Below are positions 1 through 11,739 of a stretch of 64,000 nt of DNA, piece after piece. Location: positions 124,001-188,000 of the forward strand of contig NIVC01002077.1 of the NCBI GenBank assembly GCA_002269645.1, read 5' to 3'. The DNA is from Macrostomum lignano (Eukaryota). The notes beneath the pieces are model-generated. The model was given only the letters and a program-made list of their open reading frames with translations. It did not search any database and had not been told where the DNA came from. A program made the translations under genes and the position numbers. The stretch's first letter is position 1. Each line of letters opens with the position of its first letter.

Positions 1-100
1 CGCCTGACGCGAAATCGCCGTCCTCGTCTTCTTCGCCGCCCTCCACCTCCTCGACCAGGCGCTCGTCCAGGCCGGAGTCCAAGCGGCTGGCCATCGTCAT
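1..100 (-). CDS. 5' coding end of an unidentified gene, truncated by the window start (MTMASRLDSGLDERLVEEVEGGEEDEDGDFASG...)
   Basis: ATG at 100 on the minus strand opens a GC3-rich acidic frame that runs off position 1. It has the same codon style as the other exons. Family not recognised. Confidence 0.6.
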   Translation of the reverse strand, partial: MTMASRLDSGLDERLVEEVEGGEEDEDGDFASG

Positions 101-1669
101 CCGATGATTTGAAGGGCCTACTCTAGATCTGCGCTGATAGGTGGCTGCACTGGAACTGAGACTCTCTGGCGCTCTCCCAATCTTGCAATCCCACTTGGCG
201 AACTACTGCTGACAGGAGGAAGCCATAAAGCAATGCAAGCAATAAGCAATAAGCAATAAGCAATAAGCAACAAATTAATAATGTAATGAGTACAAAATAC
301 ATTCAAGTAATCACTAATTCTATAAATTTTTAATTAAAAGACCTGTTCCCGATTCTTGTGTTTTTTAGGGTCGATATTTGAGTCCTGTGGGAATCCAATT
401 TTTCTCGGGATCCCGAGATTGGGATCCCATCTGACCTCTATCCACAAGCTATTATTTTTAGCAGTACAGTTGACATACAAGACATCACATTAAATTTGGT
501 CTTATTTAATGGCAGTGGGAATGAGCGATTATAGTATTAAAGCAATTAATAGATATGGCACTAACTTATACCATAAACCAATTATTTGCCTTAATGTAAA
601 GTTTCTTTGACCAAGGTCGACTTTATCTAACCATATTGCAATAAAGTCAGTCAGTCTTAATTAACTTTTGTTCTATGATATTCTCAATAGATTATTTGTT
701 ATTGACATGATTAATGACTTTCTATACAAGCCTAGCTTGTCAATTCATTTCTAGTCAGGCTACTTGAGAGAAATTTTACAGAAGCATATAAATATATGTT
801 GTCCTTACTTTCATTCACAATATATTCAATGCAATTGTCATATAAGTGGGATACCAAATAAAAGTAAGGGTGACTTTATTCTAAGAATTGCAAATGCAAT
901 ATAAGTCTATCAACTTGTTCCATTGATCAACCATACCAATTCATTAATAGCAATATTATATATTTTTAAAGTGCAAGTTACATTACCTTATTAATGTTTT
1001 ACAAGAAAATTGCCAAAAAAGTTGTGTGCCATATGCACTAAAGATCTTAATTTTTGTCATGATTATGCACTAAGTGCATCAGGGACCTTAGAACAACTTT
1101 GGTGGCAGCATAAGGACTAGGCAGAGGCTAAGAATTAGGGCTTTTATAGGACAGAGCCAAGAGGCCTTGCACAAATATGCACTTTTGCAATGTGCACTAA
1201 GAAAAGACAATTATAAAAAAGTATTTTAAAGAATTTTTTTGCTGAAAATTAAAAAAAGAATAATTTTTTAGGGCGCAAAATTAAAAATTGTTTTTATCAT
1301 CCCTTGTTTTGTGAATCTGTATTGATAGTGTTGCATGCATGTAGCATATTTTACATAAAGTCACTTTATTTGATCCTAATATATATATAGATATGCCATA
1401 GATCTAAGCTGAAAATTCTCCATTGTCATATACACTGGGATATATGCTAATGTATACTGAAAAATGGCAAGTACCCTTGTTATATGCCAAGAAATCTTGG
1501 CATACATGTCACCTTCCAAACTATAGTCAATGAGATAAACAGCTATATGTAGTCAAGAAAGAAGGTAAAGAAATAGAAAAATTAACTAATGAGACTAGGC
1601 CTAAAGAGAGGGGCATAAAGAAGATTCAAATTCTTGCTATTTATTGATTTTTGTTAGATTCCTAATCAT

Positions 1670-1839
1670 ACATGCGCAACCTTGGGATTCACCTGGCCAT
1701 TTCTATTGGCAACACACACATGTAAGTCGCTATTGGTTGAGAGCAGTCACGTGACTACTATTCTGTCCAATAGCGACTTACATGTGTGTGTTGCCAATAG
1801 AAATGGCCAGGTGAATTCCTAGGTTGCGCCTAAGCATGT
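1670..1839. mobile_element. Hairpin MITE-like element with ~65-bp inverted arms and a 10-bp target-site duplication
   Basis: Arms 1674-1736 and 1767-1829 are reverse complements with 2 mismatches. TCCTAATCAT flanks both sides (1660-1669, 1840-1849). Termini are ACATG...CATGT. The loop contains the palindrome AGTCACGTGACT (1745-1756). Confidence 0.75.
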
Positions 1840-3593
1840 TCCTAATCATGGTTGGCAGACATCCAGTAGCATCTCAAAGAATTCCTCTAGAAAAAGGTGT
1901 AGGCCTACTATAGGGCCAACTTATAAAATCTAAATATACTAAATCTCTAAGTATATTTTCTAACATTATGTATTAAATTGGATCCTTTGAATAGACCTAA
2001 GCGCAAGCAACTAAGTGAGGCCTATTAGACTCAACTTATTCATAGTTTATTTGTTTATTTCCAGTTGTTTTTTCATCAGAAATGAACTTTAGCACAAATT
2101 CAAGTTTAGCAAATAATTCTTGAATGTTGCCACAAAGGCTTATTCTCTAACTTGCTTAAGTATAAAGTTAGGCCTTATATATACCAGAATTCTCTTATCA
2201 AAAAGAGATTATCCAAAAGTATAGGTTAAACATTTTGTGCATTTTATTTGTAGTCTTTTTAAAAAGAAGCCTAGCCTTAAACTAATAAAACTGCCTACAG
2301 ACCCTAGGTTGTGGCACACTTGTCTCTCTGACCCTAGCCATGCTTCATTGGCCAACCATGCAATGGCACCATGGCCAGGCCTGCACTTTCACTCTAATGG
2401 ATTGCCTCATTAGTCATTGCTGACTTGTAGGCGCTTGAGCTGACCCTTCATGCTGCTGCTGCCTACCCCTCCCACTTATTCTGCAAGTGCATATGTGCAA
2501 AGGGCTTTCCTTTTGCATCTTAATATATATATATATCTAGGGTTTTATTTTTTGCAAGAGACAAGGTGCAAAATCACACCTTATGCTCTCTTTTATGATG
2601 CAATTTTAAGGCTCAAAGTGCAATTTCTCTTTTTTCTTATTTTAAGGCAGTGTGAATGTGGCTTCAATGGAAAAAGAGGCTATAAGACTGCATATAAACT
2701 GCACATACTTTTCAATTTCAGAGTTGCAATTTTAAAATTTAGGGTGCATATACACACTGCGCACAAAAATAAACCCAGTATATATCTTGTAGTAGATTAC
2801 AGAAGTGTAGGGCCTATCCCAAAATATAATTTAAGGTTGTAAATAGAGGTTCCAAATCTTAGACATTTTATAATCCTAGGATCCTAGACAAAAAATTGAC
2901 CTAATCCTAGGATCCTGGGCCAATCCTAGGATTAAACAAACAAATTTATGGGAAACTTTCCATTGTCAACAAAATAAATTTCTTAACCAATTTGAGCATC
3001 ATTTGGGTTTTTACTTTCTATTTCTTGGCTTTCTTGTCTTTGTCCAATGTTTATTATTTATATATAATTGTACATATATACTAAACTATACCTTTTCCCT
3101 TTAGATTAAGATATATATGCTGCACTGGTGTCTATTTCTGCCTTTAAATATAGACTACCTCATATATATACACAGAGACTCAGATAGAGGCTCAGATCCA
3201 ATCCTTATACTACTTCCTTTTTGCCTCCTTTCCTCTCTTTTAACTACACCTGCACCCCACAAAGGGGCTCAAGCCAGTAGGTCTAATGTTCAGGCCATTG
3301 CCAATAGATAGTTGGACTAGAGTCTAGACTAGACCCTTATTTAATGTTAGTCTAGTGACTATGACTAGTAGTGCTTGATATAGTTGACTGATAATCCTAG
3401 GCCTAGGCCTACTATCCTTTTTTTGTAACTGCAAAAATTCTTTTAAAACTATTAATTAAGTGCTAGGCCTAACTGCAAGACAAAAAATATTCACTTTTGC
3501 AGTGTGAATTCCAATCCTGTGTTTACCGGGATCCCATACCCCTAATCCTGGTATCTTGAACACTAACAAAAAGCTGGGATCCTGGGATTGGGA

Positions 3594-4459
3594 ACAAGTA
3601 TAACTTTGGCTGTCAATTTTTCCGTTAAATTTTCCATTAGGCCTAACTATTCTGTCAACTATTCCGTCAACTTTTCGTGTTAGTAGGATAAATAACTTTA
3701 TCTGTCAACTTTTCCATTAACTTTTCCCTTAAGTATTCCATTAACTTTTCTGCTAACTATTCCGTCAAGTATTCCAATAATTTTTTTGTTAACTCTTCCA
3801 TCAACATTTTTGTTTACTATCCGTTAACTTTTCCGCCAAATATCTCATCACTTTTCCGTTAAATAATCCATCAACATTTATGCAAGTCTGTAAAATATAT
3901 TCTATCAAATTTTTTGTGTACTCTGAATGGAAAGTATTAATTTTTTGCATAAGTGCAGTTTCCTTAGTAATATTTTAGGGCCTATACATGCTTTAAATTT
4001 GTTGAGAGTATACACATGTACATGTATAAATTCTAAATAAAAAACACACAAAAATTTCCAGCGCGACGTGTTCCAGAATTTAATTGGTATTGCTGCACTA
4101 CCTGCACTACAACATCTGCACTTGTTTATTGATTTATTTTTGTGAAATGAAGCGCTGGTAGTAGAGAAAATGGAAAAAATTAAAGATGTATGTTGTTACT
4201 AACGCTGGCTTGTTTCTTTATCGATATATATAAGCATGCAAACACAATAAATGATCAAAGAGCTACTCGCATGATGATCCTATTTGAGAAAGTCACATAT
4301 GTGTTTTTTCAGAACAATAACTTGTTGACGGAAAATTTGACAGAATACTTGACGGAAAAGTTGACGGAATACTTGACGGAAAAGTTGACGGAATACTTGA
4401 TGGAAAAGTTGATGAAAAAGTTAATGGAAAAGTTGACAGCCAACCAAAGTTATACTCGT
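3594..4459. mobile_element. Non-autonomous DNA transposon (866 bp) with TIRs, subterminal tandem repeats and an 8-bp TSD
   Basis: Left end ACAAGTATAACTTTGGCTGTCAATTTTTCC; right end (reverse complement) ACGAGTATAACTTTGGTTGGCTGTCAACTTTTCC. GATTGGGA flanks both sides (3586-3593, 4460-4467). TTTTCCGTCAA-type subrepeats occur in opposite orientations at 3610-3880 and 4320-4440. Confidence 0.8.
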
Positions 4460-6254
4460 GATTGGGACCCCTTAGTTGTGAATTTTTAAGTAAGGAATAA
4501 CACTGCTAACAACAGTTTATAAAATATAAAATTCATATTATGCTAAAATCATGCTAAAATGCTAAAATCAAAATTAGCATTGTCTTTCTTATCAATTAGT
4601 TGCTTGGATCAAATGGCTAGAATAGAAGCTAGACCCTAGCCATAGGCCCTAGTCATAGGGCCTACTCATACTCATACATAGATGGGCAATGGAAGAAAGG
4701 CGCTAGATCTAGATGGAAATATAATAAAAAGCTAGGGCCTATATATTTTTCTTTAACGCACATCAATAATATTTTTAAAAAAGAAAAGGATTGCGAATTT
4801 GCATCCTGGATTCAATTTAAGACTCAGGATGTGAGTGCATGTGCATGTGCACCGCGATTTTCCTCCCTAATATATGATAATAAATTGCACAAAAACAGCG
4901 AATACAAGTAGATTTTTCTCAATAGAGAGCCATCGCTAAAACGATTAAATCTTAACCTAAAAAATGAAAACTCTATCTTCTTGTTATAAAATTAGTGTCC
5001 GAGTGCTTCCTGAGTAACAGAGTTTTCTTTCAACAAAATTTCTGATATTCATCGCAGAAAATATATTTAAAATCGTCGTTAATTAACCAAACAAAAAACA
5101 ATCAAGTAATTTTTTATGTTACTAAATACTTTTAGTGTTGTATTTCTATATTAACAAATTAAAGTTATAATTGTTATAAGTAGTAAATTTATCTAATGCT
5201 TGTTTTGCTATTTTTAAACGTCATATGTGATGTGTTAAAATTTGCTAAAATCGACAAAAAATTCGTGGAAAAGGGTCTGTGTGACGGCTACAACTCTATT
5301 CAAATCGAGAGGGATCTTTCTCGGTTCGTTCGGTCTCGTGAAATCATCGGGGTTTGCTGGATTTGCTACTTTTGAAGTTTAATCAAAAGAATGGTAGTTT
5401 AGTTTCAGACAAGTTGTTTTTTATAGCAATTCAATAACAAGTCGCATAATATTGCCTGACAAGTTACAACCTAAACTGTATTAACATACTGTAAGCCTAT
5501 GCTATGCTGTAATATGCATGTATGTAGATTATATATACACCAAAGTTGGGAAACTAAAAAGCAACAGCGTAAACGAAAGCCCAATTTGATCAGGTTAGCG
5601 CTTCTCCAGCTAAAGCTCTGCCACCATATGACCCGTCTGATCTAGTTTTAAGGACAATATGAGCTAGATCCCAAATCAACAACACTGCCCCCCGCCCCCT
5701 GAGTTGGGGATTCTCGACAGGCCACATAAGCAATAAACACAACACATGTACATGTACATGTACTCTTCGTATTTCAGTCTCAACATAAGCTGCTGCGTAA
5801 GTATTGGATTTGAAAAAAATGTCATACAAAAAACTAACAAACATTTTATTTAAGCGTAAAGTGTTTCTAAGTGTAGAAAAGCACACTAAATCGGCAGTAG
5901 TTATGGAGCAATTTTATTTTCTATTTCTACTAAAAACAACACAAAATCTGCAAGAAATTCTGAAATAAAAAAACAAGAATTAGTTATAAATTTAGAAATT
6001 TAATTAGAGCTAAAATCGCACGAGCCTCGAACTGAAAAAGCCAAATAGCGAGTGCATAATATGCAAAAGCAATACAGCCATACAACATACTAGCAAGCCG
6101 TTGAGTCACCTGCTGTCCTGCTGTCAATTTTTCAATAAGCTTGAATCAGTATGAAATATGTTGAAAAAATCATTGAAAAATCACTGGGCTGGTATAAAAG
6201 TCAGACCGCAGCATCTGTTTTTAAAAGCGTCATCCGTGATTACCCAAATTGATA

Positions 6255-9200
6255 TTAATCTTTCTTGGCGTCGGCGCCGCCTTGGCGACCACGGAATCCG
6301 GCCATGGAGTCGAAGACGCCAAAGAAGTTCAGCAGCTTGTAAGAGACGCTGACTGGCACCATCCTGAAAGGGGGGGGCAGCGGAATTTGCGGTGCCAGGC
6401 GGTGCGAAAGTCAGCTGTGCACTCTGTATGAGTGCCTGCTCTGGAGTCAGCGATATGGGCGGGATTGCCTGCCTCCTCGTATTGGTTCGCAGCAGGGCCC
6501 AAAGCCCTCTGAAAGCTAAATAACTGCGACGACTACAACTCTACTTGAGGCCGACGAGCTGGGGCCGACGATCGGTAGGTGGCGTCTCAGCAACTGAGGA
6601 TCTGGGAGGCTGGACCAGCAACTGAGGATCTGGAAGGCTGGCCCAGTAACTGACACTCTGGGAGGCTGGCCTAGCAACTGAGGATCTGGGAGCCTGGCCC
6701 AGCAACTGACACTCTGGGAGGCTGGCCGAGCAACTGACACTCTGGGAGGCTGGCCCAGCAACTGAGGATCTGGGAAGCTGGCCCAGAAACTGACACGCTG
6801 GGAGGCTGGCCCAGCAACTGAGGATTTGGGAGGCTGGCCCAGCAACTGACACGCTGGGAGGCTGGTTTCACATCCAGACGATACAATCAGAGAGCGCACT
6901 GTGATCTAAGCAGACCCCGGACTCACTTGTGAATGATATTGGTATAATAGAGCAGCCGCGGCAGCACCAGCAGCTCCTGGTTGGTAAGGATTGCTTGCAC
7001 CATCTTGTCAATCACATAGTCGGGATCCATCACGGGCAGCAGCCGAGGGAAGCGGCTGACCACGCCATCGAACATGCCGGTGTTAATGTAGTAGGGGCAC
7101 ACGCAGGTGGTGCGCACCCCGCCGTTGCCGCGGGAGGCCAGCTCGAATTTCAATGATTCGTCGAAGCCAACCGCGGCAAACTTGCTGGCACAGTAGTCAG
7201 AGAGGCTGGGCACCCCGAGCTGTGGAGTGAGCATGGTTGGCGAGCATTGGTCAGTGCTGGTCAGGGACTGAGGGATCGGGGTGGCCACTGAAGGATGGGG
7301 GGCTGAGGTGGTGGTGGCAGCCACTGAAGGATTGGGGAGGGGCTGAGGTGGCGGTGGCAGCCACTAAAAGACCAGGGGGGGGGGCTGAGGTGGCGGTGGC
7401 AGCCACTGAAGGATCAGGGGGGGGGCTGAGGTGGCGGTGGCAGCCACTGAAGGATCAGGGGGGCTGAGGTGGCGGTGGCAGTCACTGAAGGATCAGGGGG
7501 GGGGGCTGAGGTGGCGGTGGCAGTCACTGAAGGATAAGGGGGGCTGAGGTGGCGGTGGCAGTCACTGAAGGATCAGGGGGGGGCTGAGGTGGCGGTGGCA
7601 GTCACTGAAGGATCAGGGGGGCTGAGGTGGCGGTGGCAGCCACTGAAGGATCAGGGGGGGGGCTGAGGTGGCGGTGGCAGTCACTGAAGGATCAGGGGGG
7701 GGCTGAGGTGGCGGTGGCAGCTACTGAAGGATCAGGGGGGGGGCTGAGGTGGCGGTGGCAGCCACTGAATGATCAGGGAAGGCTGAGGTGGCGGTGGCAG
7801 TCACTGAAGGATCAGGGGGGGGGGCTGAGGTGGCGGTGGCAGCCACTGAAGGATCGGGGGGGTGAGGTGGCGGTGGCAGCTACTGAAGGATCAGGGGGGG
7901 GGCTGAGGTGGCGGTGGCAGCCACTAAAAGACCAGGGGGGGGGGGCTGAGGTGGCGGTGGCAGCCACTGAAGGATCGGGGGGGTGAGGTGGCGGTGGCAG
8001 CCATTGAAGGATCAGGTGGGGGGGGCTGAGGTGGCGGTGGCAGTCACTGAAGGATCAGGGGGGGGGCTGAGGTGGCGGTGGCAGCCACTGAAGGATCAGG
8101 GGGGGGGCTGAGGTGGCGGTGGCAGCTACTGAAGGATCAGGGGGGGGGCTGAGGTGGCGGTGGCAGTCACTGAAGGATCAGGGGGGGCTGAGGTGGCGGT
8201 GGCAGCCACTGAAGGATTGGGGGGCTGGGCAATGCTGGTCTCACCTGGCCGGCGCCCGAGGCCACGGTGACAATGTGGCCGCAGTTCCGCTCGATCATGC
8301 CGGGCAGCAGAGCTTTGCAAAGCCAGAAATGAGCCTCGATGTTCACCGCCATGGTTCGCCGAATCATGGCGTCCGGACAGTCTAGAAACGGTCGGCCAGT
8401 GACGACGCCGGCGTTGTTGACGAGAATGTCGACGCGCTGGCCGAAGTCGGCAAGCAGGCGCTCGCAGGTGGCGTAGATGGCCTCGCGCGAGCTCAGGTCG
8501 CATTGGTACGCCTGCACTTTTGGCGAGCCGGCCGAGCGGCACTCGGCGGCCACGTCGTCAACGCCGGTCGAGATGTCGATGAGGACGAGGCGGCAGCCGA
8601 GGCCGGACAGTCGGATGGCCAGTAGACGGCCGAGGCCGCTGGCTGATAACGGTTCCAGAGATGTTGTGTTTTATGTGTGATATTTAATCGCCTACTTAAG
8701 AGTAGCAATATAATGATATGCAAAAATATTACAAACTGATAGTTACATAAAAATCGACCAGCAGACAGAGTAGTGAACTCAGATGCTATGGTCTTTCGCG
8801 AGTTGGAATATCCGTTTTGAAATTTACATGTAAAACTTTTGAAAGTGAAATTGTTATACTTTCGATACATATCGGAAGAAAATACTAGCAGTTTTTCTAT
8901 ACTTCGATACATATCGGAAGGAAACACTAGTAGATTTACTATACTTTCGATACATATCGGAAGAAAATACTAGCAGATTTTTTATACTTTTGATACATAT
9001 CGGAAGAAAAAACTACTCGTATATAGTAAATCTATAATGTTTTTGAGACATATCGTAAGAAACTACTAGTAGATATATATCATACTTTCGATACATATCG
9101 GCAGGAAATACTATAAAGTAGATATATTTTACTTTCGATACATATCTGAAAGAAAATACGGTAGATTAGAACAATAACAAAGAAACTTTTAGATATGGCA

Positions 9201-9448
9201 GCTAAATTTTGAAGCCGGCACAGGCTAAATTGAAAGGAGCTACTATGAGTAGGCAGTTAATCAGATTGAAAAGTACGAGAAAATCACCAGTAAAACCGCC
9301 GCTTACCAGCGCCAGTAACCACGGCTGTCTGGCCGGAGATGTTTTTGCTGCGCCAGGAGGCTGGGGTGAAATTGTTGTAGGCGCTCTTGGCAATGTCAGC
9401 TACAATCTGGCAGAGCAGACAGACCACTTCAGTTAAGATTGCGAGCAT
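6255..9448 (-). CDS. Short-chain dehydrogenase/reductase, SDR16C family (RDH10/SDR16C5/HSD17B11-like), 4 exons, 313 aa
   Basis: Exons 9448-9307, 8642-8245, 7219-6927, 6363-6255; all GT-AG; phases 1,0,2; 942 nt. Motifs: N-terminal hydrophobic anchor, TGAASGLG, LVNNAGV, VASGAG, YCASKFA, VCPYYINTGMF. Confidence 0.92.
6580..6870. repeat. 28-bp minisatellite (~10 copies) in SDR intron 3
   Basis: Unit CAGCAACTGAGGATCTGGGAGGCTGGCC and variants. Confidence 0.9.
7280..8225. repeat. ~39-bp minisatellite (~24 copies, variable G-run) in SDR intron 2
   Basis: Unit G(n)CTGAGGTGGCGGTGGCAGCCACTGAAGGATCA. Confidence 0.95.
8860..9150. repeat. ~42-bp tandem repeat with CGATACATATCG palindromic core (SDR intron 1)
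   Basis: About 7 copies of CTTTCGATACATATCGGAAGAAAATACTAG...; same family as 10560-10925. Confidence 0.85.
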
Positions 9449-9647
9449 TTTCGCAACGTTTGGAACTGAAACAGCGAGATATTCGCATTATCTACTGTAA
9501 GTAGTCCGTAGCAGCTATTTTATTCAGATCAATAAATTCTTCAAAAAAGTATGAAAATTAATTGCAGCTTACAGAAAAAATAAAGATTTGCCACTTCGTA
9601 CATTTTCTGTGTGATAATAAATGCTGCTTAAATATTCAGTATTCCAT

Positions 9648-9653
9648 TTTTAT
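9648..9653 (-). promoter_or_regulatory. Putative poly(A) signal (AATAAA) of TMEM242
   Basis: TTTATT on the plus strand, downstream of the TMEM242 stop and about 200 bp upstream of the SDR ATG. Confidence 0.5.
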
Positions 9654-9769
9654 TCTACATGAAAAAAATCTTTATGCACAAGACAGAGGGCAAGCTGGTT
9701 TATAAAACCTGAATGATCAGTATAACAAACAAACAGGCATGAAGGGACAGCTGAAAAGACTGTTAAACA

Positions 9770-10055
9770 TACAGGTGAAACACACATGCGAAACACACAT
9801 GCGAAACACACAGAGGTGAAACACACAGGTGAAACACACAGGTGAAACACACACAGGTGAAACACACACAGGTGAAACACACACAGGTGAAACACACCCA
9901 GGTGAAACACACACAGGTGAAACACACACAGGTGAAACACACACAGGTGAAACACACACAGGTGAAACACACACAGGTGAAACACACACAGGTAAAACAC
10001 ACACAGGTGAAACACACACAGGTGAAACACACACAGGTAAAACACACAGGTAAAA
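9770..10055. repeat. 15-bp minisatellite between the TMEM242 stop and its poly(A) signal
   Basis: Unit CAGGTGAAACACACA, about 19 copies. Confidence 0.95.
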
Positions 10056-10104
10056 CACAAATAAAACACAAAGTCGCACAGGTGGTACAGTACTCGCAGC
10101 TCAG

Positions 10105-11053
10105 CTATCTGTCCCCAGTCCGCCCAGCCCTGGCATCCTCGCTCAGCAGAAAGTCCACCAGCTCCCGAACAGTTTTGAAGTCCCGCCGACCGCCGCTCGG
10201 CGAAGCGGGCGACGCCGGAACGCGCAGATCGGCGAGGCTGCGAACTCCAGCCAGGGCAAGGGAGGCGGCAGTGACGACCGAGACGCCAACAAATGCGGCG
10301 GCGCTGCCCCAGCCGAGGGCGCGCAGCGCCAGGCGAGTCCCGTCGGCGCCGTGTCGAAGGCTGGCACCGGCGCTGCCGCTAGCGGAAGCTTCGGCGGCTT
10401 CCCTGCGCCGGGACAAAGCGACCGTGGCGCCGAAACCGGCGCCGGCTGAGGTGAGCGCCGTGCCGACGAGCAGCAGGGCGGGCGCAACTCCTGGCCGGTG
10501 CTCGTCGTTGCCAAGCGGGTCCGACTGAAGTTCGAATTGCGAGAGAAAGCGAATTACTAGTAGATTTTTTATACTTTCGATACATATCGGAGGGAAATAC
10601 TAGCAGATTTTTTATACTTTCGATACATATCGGAGGGAAATACTAGTAGATTTATTATACTATCGATACATATCGGAAGGAAATACTAGTAGATTAATTA
10701 TACTATCAGAGGGAAATAGTAGTAGATTTATTTTACTTTCGATACATATCGAATGGAAATACTGGTAGATTTATTATACTATCGATACATATCGGAGGGA
10801 ATTACTAGTAGATTTATTATACTATCGATACATATCGGAAAAGAAATACTAGTAGATTCATTATATTTCTAATTGGAAAATAATTCTAGCACAGTAAAGT
10901 TACAGTATTTTTGATACATATCGGAAAGGCATAAACATTTTCTAGCATTTTATTAAGCTAAAAGATAAAATAATGTAAAAAAGGCATTTTTTTTCAAATA
11001 TGTTAAAAGATATGCACTCTAAAACTAACATTCGCAAATGAAAATAGCGCCAT
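10105..11053 (-). CDS. TMEM242: TMEM242 (DUF1358) mitochondrial membrane protein, 2 exons, 147 aa
   Basis: Exon 1 11053-11030 (MALFSFAN|gttagt); exon 2 10524-10105 (cttcag|SDPLG...); phase 0. It contains the family signature LALRALGWGS, two hydrophobic segments and a C-terminal GRRDFKTVRELVDFL. Confidence 0.88.
10560..10925. repeat. ~43-bp tandem repeat with CGATACATATCG core (TMEM242 intron)
   Basis: About 7 cores; same family as 8860-9150. Confidence 0.85.
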
Positions 11054-11184
11054 TTATTTTCAACAGTTAATCAGTCAAACCAAAGGCGAACACTTCACTT
11101 GTTGATGAGAAGTACACATATCCCGAATAGAACGCAATTCTTTAATAATAAAAATGCTGTATTACATAGATTGGACTGGGATGG

Positions 11185-11710
11185 TGTACACTGGGCTGAG
11201 GTTGGTGGCGGGGGGAAGCTGAGTGTACACTGGGCTAGAATTGGTGGTGGGGAGAGGTTGAGTGTACACTGGGCTGGGGTGGTGGCGGCGGGGAGTGGTT
11301 GAGTGTACACTGGGCTGGGGTGGTGGCGTCGGGGAGAAGCTGAGTGTACACTGGGCTGGGGTGGTGGCGGCGGGGAGAAGCTGAGTGTACACTGGGCTGG
11401 GGTGGTGGCGGCGGGGAGAAGCTGAGTGTACACTGGGCTGGGGTGGTGGCGGCGGGGAGAAGCTGAGTGTACGCTGGGCTGGGGTGGTGGCGGCGGGGAG
11501 AAGCTGAGTGTACACTGGGCTGGGGTGGAGGTGGGGAGAGGCTGAGTGTACACTGGGCTTGGGGTGGTGGTGGGGAGAGGCTGAGTGTACACTAGGCTGG
11601 GGTGGAGGTGGGGAAAGGCTGAGTGTACACTGGGCTGAGGTGGTGGCGGGGAGAGGCTGGGTGTACACTGGGCTGGAGTGGTGGCGGGGAGAGGCTGGGT
11701 TTACACTGGG
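11185..11710. repeat. 41-bp minisatellite (~13 copies) downstream of the TRMT10C-like stop
   Basis: Unit GCTGAGTGTACACTGGGCTGGGGTGGTGGCGGCGGGGAGAA. Confidence 0.95.
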
Positions 11711-11739
11711 CAATGGGCGCAGCAGTGCATAAAGAGTAC

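Noticed and set aside
2450-5886. AT-rich ORFs at 2450, 3117, 4190 and 5590 as transposase remnants (also 19916, 21131, 23611)
   Set aside because: No DDE or other recognisable motifs; the composition matches non-coding DNA, and 4190-4489 is mostly MITE subrepeats.
6255-9448. SDR as the HSD17B10/SDR5C1 (MRPP2) partner of the neighbouring TRMT10C-like gene
   Set aside because: The N-terminal anchor, YCASKFAAVG and CPYYINTGMF are SDR16C features, not SDR5C1 features (YSASKGG, RVMTIAPG).
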